A stretch of 64,000 nucleotides of DNA, from assembly GCA_965223345.1 (NCBI GenBank), contig CBDCWG010000012.1, positions 1,184,001 to 1,248,000 on the forward strand. The letters are read 5' to 3'. The DNA is from Nitrospinales bacterium (lineage in GTDB: Bacteria > Nitrospinota > Nitrospinia > Nitrospinales > VA-1). Shown here piece by piece: positions 31,616-41,402 of the stretch (position 1 is its first letter; the number at the start of each line of letters is the position of its first letter). The position numbers and the translations under genes were made by a program. The notes under the pieces were generated by a model. It was not told the DNA's origin, made no database searches, and worked only from the letters and a program-made list of their open reading frames with translations.

Positions 31616-33004
31616 ATGAGCGCAGGTATAGTGACCGCCTCTTATATCGGGGCGACCATTCTTTTCATTCTGGCATTGGGCGGATTGAGCCATCCGGAAA
31701 CCTCCCGGCGCGGCAACGTGTATGGCATCCTGGGCATGACCATTGCCCTGATCGCCACCATCTCCGGGGTCACGGCCAATCTGCCGGTTCTGATCGCAAC
31801 CCTGGTGATCGGCGGCGCCATCGGCCTGGTTCTGGCGCGCCGCGTGCAGATGACGGAGATGCCCGAACTGGTCGCCATTCTGCACAGTCTGGTCGGGCTG
31901 GCGGCGGTTCTGGTCGGTTTTGCCAATTTCATGGACCCCGATGTGCATTTTACCGGGACGGAACTCACCATCCACGATATCGAAACCTATCTGGGAATTC
32001 TGATCGGGGCGATCACGTTTTCTGGCTCCGTCATCGCGTTCGGAAAACTCAGCGGAAAGATCACCGGGAACCCGATATTGCTGCCGGCGCGGCACTGGCT
32101 CAATCTGGGTTTGCTGATCGCTTCCATTTACTTGTGTAAAATGTTCGTCGAACAGTCCGCAGCGGGCGGTGGCATGATGCCGCTGTTGATCATGACCGTC
32201 ATCGCCCTGCTGTTCGGGATTCATATGGTCATGGCGATCGGCGGGGCGGACATGCCCGTGGTGGTTTCCATGCTCAACAGCTATTCCGGCTGGGCGGCTT
32301 CGGCAACGGGTTTCATGCTCAACAACGATCTGCTCATCGTGACCGGCGCTTTGGTCGGCAGCAGCGGCGCGATCCTCAGTTACATCATGTGCCGGGCCAT
32401 GAACCGCAAGTTCCTGGCGGTCATTGCCGGAGGCTTCGGCACCACGACCGGTGGCGGTTCGGCCTCGGCGGAAGACCAGGGTGAAGTGGTCGCGCTGCAG
32501 GCCCCGGAAGTGGCGAGCCTGCTGACGGAATCGAAGGAAGTCATCATCATTCCGGGATACGGCATGGCCGTGGCGCAGGCTCAGCACATTGTGTGCGAAA
32601 TCACCAAAGCGCTGCGCGCCAAAAAAGTGAATGTGCGGTTTGCCATTCATCCCGTCGCCGGGCGCATGCCGGGACACATGAACGTGTTGCTGGCGGAAGC
32701 CAAGGTCCCCTACGACATCGTTTTGGAAATGGACGAAATCAACGAGGATTTCCCGGATACGGACGTGTCGATCGTCATCGGCGCCAACGACATCGTCAAT
32801 CCCTCGGCCCAGACCGATCCGAACAGTCCCATTGCGGGCATGCCGGTTCTGGAATGCTGGAAGGCCAAAACCACCATCGTGTTGAAACGCAGCATGGCGA
32901 CCGGCTACGCGGGCGTGCAGAATCCGCTGTTCTTCAAAGAGAACACCCGCATGCTGTTCGGCGATGCCCGATCCAGTCTCGACGAGGTGTTCAAAAACCT
33001 TTGA
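31616..33004 (+). CDS. pntB: NAD(P) transhydrogenase subunit beta
   Basis: [18 protein letters not shown] and [18 protein letters not shown] motifs. Confidence 0.97.
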   Translation: MSAGIVTASYIGATILFILALGGLSHPETSRRGNVYGILGMTIALIATISGVTANLPVLIATLVIGGAIGLVLARRVQMTEMPELVAILHSLVGLAAVLVGFANFMDPDVHFTGTELTIHDIETYLGILIGAITFSGSVIAFGKLSGKITGNPILLPARHWLNLGLLIASIYLCKMFVEQSAAGGGMMPLLIMTVIALLFGIHMVMAIGGADMPVVVSMLNSYSGWAASATGFMLNNDLLIVTGALVGSSGAILSYIMCRAMNRKFLAVIAGGFGTTTGGGSASAEDQGEVVALQAPEVASLLTESKEVIIIPGYGMAVAQAQHIVCEITKALRAKKVNVRFAIHPVAGRMPGHMNVLLAEAKVPYDIVLEMDEINEDFPDTDVSIVIGANDIVNPSAQTDPNSPIAGMPVLECWKAKTTIVLKRSMATGYAGVQNPLFFKENTRMLFGDARSSLDEVFKNL

Positions 33005-33114
33005 GGGCAGATTTGCTCAGGCCCAACACCTCCCCGGTGTTGGGGAACGCCAGGACCGCCTGCGGCAAACGGGCGTCTGTGCTGGCGGAACCCTGAGTGC
33101 TGGCCCGTATTGTC

Positions 33115-33957
33115 TCAGGGCAGGCTGAACACCAGGTTCCCCCGGAACGAAGGCACCAGCACCCGGTTGTTCTTAAAGTCGAAGGACAGGTTCGCCGGCG
33201 TCACCACCTTTTCTCTCAAGATTTCCACCTCGGAATAGTTTTTGATGCGGTAGACCGCTCCCGCTTTGAAATCGGACACGATCAGGTTGCCGTCCCGGTC
33301 GAAGGCGAGGCCCTCCGGGCGTTCGAAGCGCCGGTTGAACAGCGGGAAGATCGTGCCTTTGCCATCGACGCTCAGGATCTGTCCGCTTTGCGATCCGGCC
33401 ACGAGCAGCCGCTTGTGGCATGCGTCGTGAAGCAGGCCTGTGGGGCTGGAGAGACGCGGGTCTTTGGCGAACACGCCGGCCATGAAGTTGTTGTGCGGTT
33501 CGATGCGAAAGATCGTGTCGGTGGCGGTGTCGGAAACGTACAGCGACCCGCCCGCATCGAGAGTCAGCCCGCTGAGCTGCCGCGCACCCAGCAGGGACAG
33601 GTCGATGTTTCCCAGAAGATTGCCTTTTTTCTTGTCGAAGCGGCGCAGGGTGTCGATATCGGCGACGTACAGGTAAGCGCCCTGGATGGCCAGGCCGCGC
33701 GGCGCGTTCAGAACCGCGCCCCATCGACCGGAACGGATGGCGTTTTCTTCCTCAATGGCCCCCGAAGCGGAGAGGACGGCGATGAAGCCGTTCTTGTCTT
33801 TTGCCAGCGGAGAGCCTACGATGTTCGAGACATAGTGGGCGCCCGTGTCGGGATCGACGATGACGCTGTGCGGCGCATCCATGCCGCCCACCCGCAGGGA
33901 ACCGGCGGCAGCGGCGAGAGTGAGGGCGGTTGCGAGAATGAAAAGCAGTGAGCGCAT
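33115..33957 (-). CDS. Secreted SMP-30/gluconolactonase-type beta-propeller protein
   Basis: Start at MRSLLFILATAL (signal peptide). YVSNIVG...DKNGFI, LNAPRG, LYVADID, LYVSDT, and PEGLAFD repeats. Confidence 0.8.
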   Translation of the reverse strand: MRSLLFILATALTLAAAAGSLRVGGMDAPHSVIVDPDTGAHYVSNIVGSPLAKDKNGFIAVLSASGAIEEENAIRSGRWGAVLNAPRGLAIQGAYLYVADIDTLRRFDKKKGNLLGNIDLSLLGARQLSGLTLDAGGSLYVSDTATDTIFRIEPHNNFMAGVFAKDPRLSSPTGLLHDACHKRLLVAGSQSGQILSVDGKGTIFPLFNRRFERPEGLAFDRDGNLIVSDFKAGAVYRIKNYSEVEILREKVVTPANLSFDFKNNRVLVPSFRGNLVFSLP

Positions 33958-34104
33958 GCAGCGGTCCTTCCTGAAATTCTGGTTGTAAAGCCGGTTGTGT
34001 GTTCGATGCCGCAACCGGCAGTTTGAGATTAACACACTCCTGCGCGTCGTTTGCATTCCGGCTCGGAGTCGTGTCACGGCGATCCCATCCTGCTTGAGGC
34101 CGTC

Positions 34105-34413
34105 ATGAAAAAAAACAAGGACCTGACGTTCGGCATCGTGCTTCTGGGCGTCACGGGAATCCTGATCGGCGTGGTCACCCACAGCGTGTGGCTCAGCCTG
34201 GTCGCGGGAGTGCTCGGTGTGGTGGTAGGCGGGCTGCTGGGATGGCTGGGCGGGCGGCGCTATCTCATCACTGTGTGTGTGGGCATCCTCATCGGCGCGT
34301 ATTTCGGTTACAAGAGCGGCGACCGCGACATCCTCATCATCGCAGCGGGTTCGGGCGGCGCGATCGGCGGCTTCATCGGCGCGCAGGTGGAACTGTTCAT
34401 GCGGCGGCGGTGA
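34105..34413 (+). CDS. Small Gly-rich membrane protein (glycine-zipper-like)
   Basis: MKKNKDLTFG..., four hydrophobic Gly-rich segments, RBS gagg. Confidence 0.75.
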   Translation: MKKNKDLTFGIVLLGVTGILIGVVTHSVWLSLVAGVLGVVVGGLLGWLGGRRYLITVCVGILIGAYFGYKSGDRDILIIAAGSGGAIGGFIGAQVELFMRRR

Positions 34414-34428
34414 GTTTTTCAAAGTGAA

Positions 34429-34971
34429 TCACGGGAAACCGATCCAGTAGGCGCGCGCCGCGACTATGGCGAAAGAGACGAACAGAAAAAAGACCATGGG
34501 TGCCAGGATGGGAACCTTGTGCACCCTTTCGCTCATCGTGAAAAAAATAAAGTGCGACCAGGCAAATAGAACAATCCCGTACACGACGGGAATGAGGACG
34601 AACAGCGTCACCACCGGCAGGATCGCGCTGCCATAGGCGATGCAGCGGTAAGCGGTTTCATAGGATTCTTTCGATCCCATGAGTTTCCAGATATAGAACA
34701 GCATCGCGGAAAAAACAAACGAACCGGGAAACGGAATCATCGCGACAAAGCCCCATAAAAGCAGATTGTCTTGCAGCTTCAGGTTTTTCAACGCCAGCTC
34801 GATCGATCCCTGTTTGAACGCCCCGGCTGCCCATTCAAAGAAATAGACCAGCAAAAACATGAGCGCCAGAAAAAGCATGGGTTCGACAAAGCCGCCTTTT
34901 TTCGGCATGTTCTGGTAGAAGTTCACGGGATGGAGGATGACTTGCAGGGCGTTCCGGAAGAGTTTTTTCAT
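34429..34971 (-). CDS. Yip1-family membrane protein
   Basis: VILHPVNFYQNMPKKGGFVEP and GSKESYETAYR motifs, about five TMs. Confidence 0.75.
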   Translation of the reverse strand: MKKLFRNALQVILHPVNFYQNMPKKGGFVEPMLFLALMFLLVYFFEWAAGAFKQGSIELALKNLKLQDNLLLWGFVAMIPFPGSFVFSAMLFYIWKLMGSKESYETAYRCIAYGSAILPVVTLFVLIPVVYGIVLFAWSHFIFFTMSERVHKVPILAPMVFFLFVSFAIVAARAYWIGFP

Positions 34972-35019
34972 GGTCCTGGACCCGATTGGCGGTGAGAGTT
35001 GGGAGAGAGGTGGAATCCG

Positions 35020-35982
35020 TCACGCATACAGATGCGCGACGTGCTCGCCGTAGCCGTTGAACGGCAGGGTGCGGCGGATCTCGCCGGTGCCGATCATTTT
35101 CTCTTTTGTCTGTGGCCAGCGCGGGTGCGGCAGGGTGGGATCGACGTTGGCCTGAAAATCGTATTCCAGCCCCTGCAGGGTGTTCCAGAAAGTCGGCGGT
35201 TTGAAATCGATGAGCTCGATTTTCACGATCGACTTGATGCTCTTGAATCCGTATTTCCACGGCACCACCAGACGCAGCGGCGCGCCGTGCTGTTTGGGCA
35301 GCGTGTGGCCGTAGATCCCGGTCGCCAGGAAAGCGAGTTCGTTGCGCGCTTCCTCGATCGTCAATCCTTCCATGTAGGGCCAGGGCTCCCAGAACGCCAG
35401 TTGTCCCTGTGCGGTGAACGGCTTGTAGAAGGTGGTCATGCGCACGTATTTGGCCTGCGGGATGGGTTCGACGAGATCGAGCAGCGCCTTGAAGGGAAAC
35501 CCGCTCCACGGCACGGCCATCGCCCAGGCCTCGACGCAGCGCAGGCGGTAGAGCCTCTCCTCGAGGGGGAAGGTTTTCAGCAGCGTGTCGATGTCGAAGG
35601 TTTGCGGCTTGCGCACCAGCCCCGTCACTTCCACCGTCCAGGGCCGGGTCTGCAGGACGCGCGCGTGGATGCGCACGTCTTCCTTGACGCTGGTGAATTC
35701 GTAAAAATTGTTGTAACCGGCGGCGACGTCTTCGTCCGTGAGCTTGCGGTCGAGGGTGAAGGCCGGGTTGCGCTTTGCCGGGTAGAGGGATTTGTCCAGT
35801 TCTGTGACCGTCATCTCCTCTTCCGGGCCGGCACCGGAGCTGCAGCCGGTGAGCAGCGCCCCGGTGGCCAGGGCGGTGAGCGCGGTGCCCTTGAGGAACT
35901 CCCGCCGGCGCAGGTACACCGATTCGGGCGTGGCGAGGCTTTCTGAAATTTCCCAGGAGCGGGGGATTTTAATGTGCGGCAT
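35020..35982 (-). CDS. msrP: Protein-methionine-sulfoxide reductase catalytic subunit (molybdoenzyme)
   Basis: Tat motif RRREFLK, then YNNFYEF, RLRCVEAW, and HGAPLRLVVPWKYGFKSIK. Confidence 0.95.
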   Translation of the reverse strand: MPHIKIPRSWEISESLATPESVYLRRREFLKGTALTALATGALLTGCSSGAGPEEEMTVTELDKSLYPAKRNPAFTLDRKLTDEDVAAGYNNFYEFTSVKEDVRIHARVLQTRPWTVEVTGLVRKPQTFDIDTLLKTFPLEERLYRLRCVEAWAMAVPWSGFPFKALLDLVEPIPQAKYVRMTTFYKPFTAQGQLAFWEPWPYMEGLTIEEARNELAFLATGIYGHTLPKQHGAPLRLVVPWKYGFKSIKSIVKIELIDFKPPTFWNTLQGLEYDFQANVDPTLPHPRWPQTKEKMIGTGEIRRTLPFNGYGEHVAHLYA

Positions 35983-35997
35983 CGTGAACCACCGGGC

Positions 35998-36318
35998 TCA
36001 GGAGCCCACCCAATCGTCGATGCATTTGAGGTAATCCTGCGAACCTTCCAGGATCGGCAGGGCGATGATCTCCGGGACGTCGTAGCTGTGGTGCTTTTGC
36101 ACCCAGTGTTTCAGCGCGTCGAGTTTTTCGGCGCGGGTTTTGGCGATCAGCAAAGTTTCTTCGTCTTCGCAGATCTTGCCGTCCCAGAAGTAGGTGGAGG
36201 TGATGCCGGGAAGCGCGTTGACGCAGTAAGCGAGTCTGGCCTCCACCAGGCCGCGGCTCAGCGTTCGCGCTTCCTCCTTCGACCCTGCGGTGATCATGAC
36301 GACGCGGTGCGGACTCAT
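35998..36318 (-). CDS. cutA: Divalent-cation tolerance protein CutA
   Basis: LAYCVN, STYFWDG, and HHSYDVPEII motifs. Confidence 0.93.
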   Translation of the reverse strand: MSPHRVVMITAGSKEEARTLSRGLVEARLAYCVNALPGITSTYFWDGKICEDEETLLIAKTRAEKLDALKHWVQKHHSYDVPEIIALPILEGSQDYLKCIDDWVGS

Positions 36319-36352
36319 GAACGGTTTCCGTTTGATTGAACAGCTGCATTCA

Positions 36353-36940
36353 TCATAGCACGAACTTGAGCAGATAAAATCCCAGCACCAGAAGGATGAA
36401 AAACACGATGGTGAACAGGTTGAAGTATTTTTCGATGAGTTGTTTGATCGGCGGGCCGAACTTGTACACCAGATAGGCGACGAGAAAGAAACGCAGCGAG
36501 CGGCCCAGCGTGGAGGCGATCACGAACACGACGAAATTGATCTCGAACGCGCCGGCGGCGAGGGTGAAGATTTTGTAGGGCAGCGGCGTGAAGCCGGCGG
36601 CGGCCACCGCCCATCCCTGGTACTCGTTGTACAGGTGGCCGATCTTTTCGAACTGCGGTTGCAGGTGATAAAACTCGACGATGCGGTCGCCGATCAGGTC
36701 CATGAACTGCCAGCCCAACAGGTAGCCGAACATGCCGCCCAGAACCGAGGCGAGCGAACACATGAAGGCGTAGCGGAGCCAGAGCACCGGCAGCGCGATG
36801 ACCATGGCGATCAGCAGGACATCGGGCGGAACGGGGAAAAAAGAGGACTCCACGAACGAGATGATGAAAAGCGCGGGCAGCGCGTAGGGGGTGGCGGCCC
36901 AGTGGAGCACCCAGTCGTAGAGAGAACGCAGCAGCTTCAT
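36353..36940 (-). CDS. YqaA/DedA (VTT) family membrane protein
   Basis: FVESSFFPVPPD and GFTPLPYKIF motifs. Confidence 0.92.
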   Translation of the reverse strand: MKLLRSLYDWVLHWAATPYALPALFIISFVESSFFPVPPDVLLIAMVIALPVLWLRYAFMCSLASVLGGMFGYLLGWQFMDLIGDRIVEFYHLQPQFEKIGHLYNEYQGWAVAAAGFTPLPYKIFTLAAGAFEINFVVFVIASTLGRSLRFFLVAYLVYKFGPPIKQLIEKYFNLFTIVFFILLVLGFYLLKFVL

Positions 36941-36983
36941 GAAGCAAAAAACCGATGGGTTGTTCTATCCGTCCGGTCACGCA

Positions 36984-37205
36984 TCAATCGGCCACCGGGG
37001 CTTGCTGGGCGGCTTCTTCCGCCTTGTCCAGCGTTTCCTGCATTTTTTCCTCGGCGTCTTCAATCTGGCTTTCGGCGTTTTTCATCAACTGGCCGGGGAT
37101 CTTCCCGGCGTCCCCGGCTTTTTTCTTCTGTCCCTCGCAGGCGAGGGTTGCCAGGGCAAACAGTCCCAAAGTCAAAACCAGGATCGCTATTTTGCGGTGA
37201 AACAT
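36984..37205 (-). CDS. Small putative lipoprotein (73 aa)
   Basis: MFHRKIAILVLTLGLFALATLAC (lipobox), followed by a coiled-coil-like acidic tail. RBS ggaggg. Confidence 0.75.
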   Translation of the reverse strand: MFHRKIAILVLTLGLFALATLACEGQKKKAGDAGKIPGQLMKNAESQIEDAEEKMQETLDKAEEAAQQAPVAD

Positions 37206-37276
37206 GGTGCCCTCCGTTTGAGCGGGCTTGGGTGATCCCTGCAAAGGATCGCGATGTCCTTTGAAGAGAGTGGATT

Positions 37277-39787
37277 TTATAACAGATTCACGGGGTCCAC
37301 GTCGATGGATAATTTGGTGCCGCGCGTGAGGAGAGGCTTGAACTCCTGCTGCGCAGGGAGGCGGTTCAGCACGTTCATCAGCTCCTGAACTCTCGCGGCG
37401 CGCAGCAGGATGTGCCAGCGGAATTTGTTCTTGATGCGGTACAGCGCCGCCCGCGAGGGGCCGAGGATCTCGACGTCCCGGTTGCGCGACAGCGTGCGCA
37501 GCAGGTGGGTCTTGATCTTTCCCGCCAGCCTCTCGCCATCCGATTCCTTGCCGCTTTCGATCTGCAGGGCGGCCATGCGCGTGAACGGCGGGTAGTTGAG
37601 CCTTTTTCTCAGCTCCATTTCTTTCTCGTAAAACCCCCTGGGATCGTGGTCGCGCACGAAATCGAACACGTAGTGCCGGGGGTTGTGGGTCTGCACGATC
37701 ACCTGACCCGGCACGCGGCCTCGTCCGGCGCGTCCGGCCACCTGGGTCAAAAGCTGGAACGAGCGCTCGGAAGAGCGGAAATCGGGAATGTTGAGGGACA
37801 GATCGGCGTGCACGACCCCGACGAGCGTCACGTTGGGGAAATCGTGGCCTTTGGTGATCATCTGCGTGCCGATCAGGATGTCGATCTCGCCCTGGTTCAT
37901 TTTGGCGTGCATGGCTGCGAAGTCGGCGTGGCCGCGCGCCGTGTCGCGGTCCAGCCGGATGATCCGCGCTTCGGGAAACAGGCGGCGGGTTTCCTCTTCC
38001 AGTTTCTGGGTGCCGAATCCGCTGAAGCGCAGGATTTCCCCCCTGCAGTCGGGGCAGTCTGCGGGCACGCGGGCGGTCTGGTTGCAGTAATGGCAGCGCA
38101 TGCGGTTTTCGCTGCCGTGGAACGTGCGGGTGACGCTGCATTGCGGGCAGTCGAAGACGAAACCGCATTCGGTGCAGAACACGTAATTGGCGGTGCCCCT
38201 GCGGTTCAGGAACAGAAACACCTGCTCGTTGCGTTCCAGGCGCAGCGACATGGCGGCGCGCAATTCGCAGGAGAGGATGGAAAAGTTTTTGCGCTCGTCC
38301 TTTTCCTTTTTCATGTCCACGATGCGCACCAGCGGCAGCAGCCGGTCGCCGACGCGTTTGTCGAGGGACAGCAGCCGGTATTTGCCGTTTTCCACGTTGC
38401 CCAGCGACTCAAGCGACGGGGTGGCCGAGCCGAGGATCACCACGGCTTTGGCGGCGCGCGCCCGCACCAGGGCGGTGTCGCGTGCGTGGTAGCGGGGGCT
38501 GGAATCCTGCTTGTAGGAGGCGTCGTGTTCCTCGTCGATGACGATGACGCCGAGGTTTTTGAACGGCGCGAACACCGCACTGCGCGCCCCGACGACGATG
38601 GCGACGCGGCCGTCGTGGATTTTTTTCCATTCCTGGTAGCGTTCGCGCTGCGACAGGCCGCTGTGCAGGATCGCCACGTTTTCGCCGAAGCGGCCCTGGA
38701 ACCGGGAGACGGTCTGCGGCGTCAGGGAAATTTCCGGGACCATCATGATGGCGGTTTTTCCCTGCTTGAGCGCTTCCTCGATGCAGCGGATGTAGATTTC
38801 GGTTTTTCCGCTTCCGGTGATGCCGTGCAAAAGATAGGCACAATATTGCGACGCCTCGATCGCTCGCTTGAGCGAGTTGAAGGCGCTTTGCTGCTCGGCG
38901 GTGAACTGAAGCGGCGCGTCCCGCACCGGCGTGGCCGGGATGGGGCTTGCGGCCGCGTCGCGCGGGCGCTTGACGACGGAAACCTCCACCAGCTCCTTCT
39001 GCTTGAGTTTTCCCAAAAGGCTCGAAGGGGAGGGCAGGTGGGCCGACAGTTCCTTGAAGGAAAGCGCACCGCCTTTCAGCAGCTCGTACAATTCCTTCTG
39101 CTTGGGGCTGCGTTTGAACAGGGTTTCGATCTCCTCGGAGCTCAGGACCGGCGGTTTGAGGCGCGCGTGCTTTTCGTACGAATAGGGAACCGTGCTTTTT
39201 TTCAGGCGCGGCGTGGCGATCAGATGGCCCTCCTGTCTGAGCCGGGTCAGCGCGTGCGGACTGAATTTTTCCTGCAGCAGGCGCTTGAGCTGCGCCGCGG
39301 TCATGCTTTTGCGCTTGCGCACCGATTCCAGAATCCAGAACTGGGATTCCTTCAATTGTTCGTTTTCCAAAGCCAGGATTCCTGTTTCAGAGAGGCTGAA
39401 AAGCTCGTGGCTTTCCTCCTCCATTCCCGCGGGAAGGGCCGCCTTGATCGCTTCGCCCCAGGACGACTGGTAGTAATCCGCCATCCAGCGGGTCAGGGAG
39501 AGCACCTCCGGCTGCAGAACGGGCGCATCGTCGAGCAATGCCTCGATGTCCTTGAGGGCGAGGGCGGGGTCGGGTTGCTCGGTGAAACCAACGACGTAGC
39601 CTGTCAGCCGCCGCCGTCCGAAGGGCACGAGGACGCGCATGCCCACTTGAATACTTCCTGCAAGGGGCTCCGGAACCGCGTAGGTGAACGGTTCTTTCAC
39701 CGGAAGATTCATCGCCACCTGGGCAAACCGGTGCTTTCTGGATTGGGAATCGGCGGTGGGTTGGGTGAGGGATGCGGGAGAGGTCAT
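37277..39787 (-). CDS. priA: Primosomal protein N' (replication restart helicase)
   Basis: GITGSGKTE, DEEHD, Cys clusters, and GTQMITKGHDFP motifs. Confidence 0.97.
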   Translation of the reverse strand: MTSPASLTQPTADSQSRKHRFAQVAMNLPVKEPFTYAVPEPLAGSIQVGMRVLVPFGRRRLTGYVVGFTEQPDPALALKDIEALLDDAPVLQPEVLSLTRWMADYYQSSWGEAIKAALPAGMEEESHELFSLSETGILALENEQLKESQFWILESVRKRKSMTAAQLKRLLQEKFSPHALTRLRQEGHLIATPRLKKSTVPYSYEKHARLKPPVLSSEEIETLFKRSPKQKELYELLKGGALSFKELSAHLPSPSSLLGKLKQKELVEVSVVKRPRDAAASPIPATPVRDAPLQFTAEQQSAFNSLKRAIEASQYCAYLLHGITGSGKTEIYIRCIEEALKQGKTAIMMVPEISLTPQTVSRFQGRFGENVAILHSGLSQRERYQEWKKIHDGRVAIVVGARSAVFAPFKNLGVIVIDEEHDASYKQDSSPRYHARDTALVRARAAKAVVILGSATPSLESLGNVENGKYRLLSLDKRVGDRLLPLVRIVDMKKEKDERKNFSILSCELRAAMSLRLERNEQVFLFLNRRGTANYVFCTECGFVFDCPQCSVTRTFHGSENRMRCHYCNQTARVPADCPDCRGEILRFSGFGTQKLEEETRRLFPEARIIRLDRDTARGHADFAAMHAKMNQGEIDILIGTQMITKGHDFPNVTLVGVVHADLSLNIPDFRSSERSFQLLTQVAGRAGRGRVPGQVIVQTHNPRHYVFDFVRDHDPRGFYEKEMELRKRLNYPPFTRMAALQIESGKESDGERLAGKIKTHLLRTLSRNRDVEILGPSRAALYRIKNKFRWHILLRAARVQELMNVLNRLPAQQEFKPLLTRGTKLSIDVDPVNLL

Positions 39788-39876
39788 AAAACTCGTTGTG
39801 AATTCTTTCAAACGGATTTTACCAGAGAACGGGAGTTTTAAAAACAACTGGCTGATGACCGCAGGGACAAAAGGGA

Positions 39877-39905
39877 TTGACTCGTTTTCGTTATTCCACT
39901 AAGCT
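39877..39905 (+). promoter_or_regulatory. Sigma70-type promoter for the small basic protein
   Basis: TTGACT-17 bp-TAAGCT. Confidence 0.55.
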
Positions 39906-39978
39906 TTTTCGTTCCCGGTCGTTGAAGAAGAGGAATCCCCGGCGCCCTGTGAGGGGCCGTTTTAGAGGAGAGCGGATC

Positions 39979-40197
39979 ATGAAAGTTGGAGACACGGTCA
40001 AAATCGATTTTGCGGGAAAGAAGAAGGACGGCGTGGTGTTCAAGCTCCACCCCAATTCGGTCCATTTGAAGGTGGATTTCGACGGGCACAAGGGGAAGAT
40101 CGTCAAACGCAAGCTGAATGCGATCGGCAAGAAAAAAACCGCCAAGAAGGCCGCGACCAAAGCCAAGAAAAAGGAAACCGCCAAACCCGCCAAGTGA
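39979..40197 (+). CDS. Small very basic protein (SH3/KOW-like core with a Lys/Ala-rich tail)
   Basis: MKVGDTVKIDFAGKKKDGVV...KKKTAKKAATKAKKKETAKPAK. Strong RBS gaggag. Confidence 0.8.
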   Translation: MKVGDTVKIDFAGKKKDGVVFKLHPNSVHLKVDFDGHKGKIVKRKLNAIGKKKTAKKAATKAKKKETAKPAK

Positions 40198-40230
40198 TTT
40201 CGCTCCCTGTTTCGATGGAGAGAGGCCGGA

Positions 40231-41241
40231 TCAGAAATAGGTTTTCAGTTTCGCTTTCTTCTTCAGGTTTTCCACGTAGTTGCGGGTGGCCTGCACGAGT
40301 TTTTTATCCAGCAGGTTTTGCCGGATCTTTTCCTTTTCGCTTTCGAAGGATCGCGTTTCGCCCGGTTTCCGGTCTGTGACTTTCAAGATATGCAGGCCGT
40401 GCTTGGTCTGAAAGATCTCGCTCAACTCACCCACCTTCATCGCGAACGCCCGCTTGCTGAACGCGGGGAGCATCTGCTTCTTGCCGAAAAAACCCAGATC
40501 CCCACCCTTGGAAGCCAGTGAATCCTGGGAGAACTTGCGGGCCATCGCCGCAAAGTCCGTTCCGGACTCGATGCGCTTGCGGATCGACTCCAGTTTCTTG
40601 CGCGCTTCGTGTTCCTTGGCGGCGGGGCTTTTGGGCGGGATCTTGATCAGGATGACGCTGGCGCGGACCTTGTCCTGGGTGCGGAATTTGTTCGGATTGG
40701 CATCGTAATAGGCGCGAAGTTCCTTTTCACTGATCTGAACCTTCGGTTCCACTTCTTTTTTGATGACCTGATCCATCACCAGGTCGGCCTGCAGTTCCTT
40801 TTTGTATTGTTCCATGGTCAAACCGCTGTCGGCCAGAGTGTGTTCGAAAACCGCATCGGATTTGAACGAAGCCTTGATCGCGCCCAGTTTTTTATTGAGC
40901 GCGTCGGGGGTGACGGAAATTCCCAGTTCCTCGCCTTTCTGCACCAGAAGCGTGCGGCTGATTTCATCGTCGATGGCTTTTTTGGCGGCGGTCTTCACCT
41001 GGTCGGGCGTCAGTTTCATCCCCCGGTCTTTGTAGGACTGGATGGTTTTTTCCAGCTCGCGCAGGATGACGTCCTTGGTGATGTCGGTCCCATTGACTTT
41101 GGCGGTGACGTCCGGAAGCGAGATCGGGGGTTTTTCGTGCTTGTGCCCCGCATGCGCGAACAGGTTGGAGCTGGTTGCGGCCAAAAGGCAGCCGGCGGCG
41201 AAAAAACCGGACAGGGTCTTTAGAGCAGCGTGCCGTATCAT
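40231..41241 (-). CDS. Periplasmic SurA/PrsA-like peptidyl-prolyl isomerase (PpiC domain)
   Basis: Signal peptide, AKVNG, FAAMARKFSQD...KGGDLGFF, and GLHILKV motifs. Confidence 0.9.
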   Translation of the reverse strand: MIRHAALKTLSGFFAAGCLLAATSSNLFAHAGHKHEKPPISLPDVTAKVNGTDITKDVILRELEKTIQSYKDRGMKLTPDQVKTAAKKAIDDEISRTLLVQKGEELGISVTPDALNKKLGAIKASFKSDAVFEHTLADSGLTMEQYKKELQADLVMDQVIKKEVEPKVQISEKELRAYYDANPNKFRTQDKVRASVILIKIPPKSPAAKEHEARKKLESIRKRIESGTDFAAMARKFSQDSLASKGGDLGFFGKKQMLPAFSKRAFAMKVGELSEIFQTKHGLHILKVTDRKPGETRSFESEKEKIRQNLLDKKLVQATRNYVENLKKKAKLKTYF

Positions 41242-41402
41242 GGGACATCTCTCCTGAAAAAAGGGCTCAAATAGTCGGATTCTCACGGTTCAGGCTAATC
41301 ATTCGCGTGGGGGATGTCAACCGATTTTGTGCCGGCGATTCGGCGGCGGGCCGGGTGGTTTTTGCGGAGCGGAAGAGCAGGAAATCAGGGGGTTGAGGCG
41401 AT

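Noticed and set aside
37412..39841. 809-aa + strand ORF
   Set aside because: It is the antisense shadow of priA, has no motifs, and is expected from high-GC codon bias.
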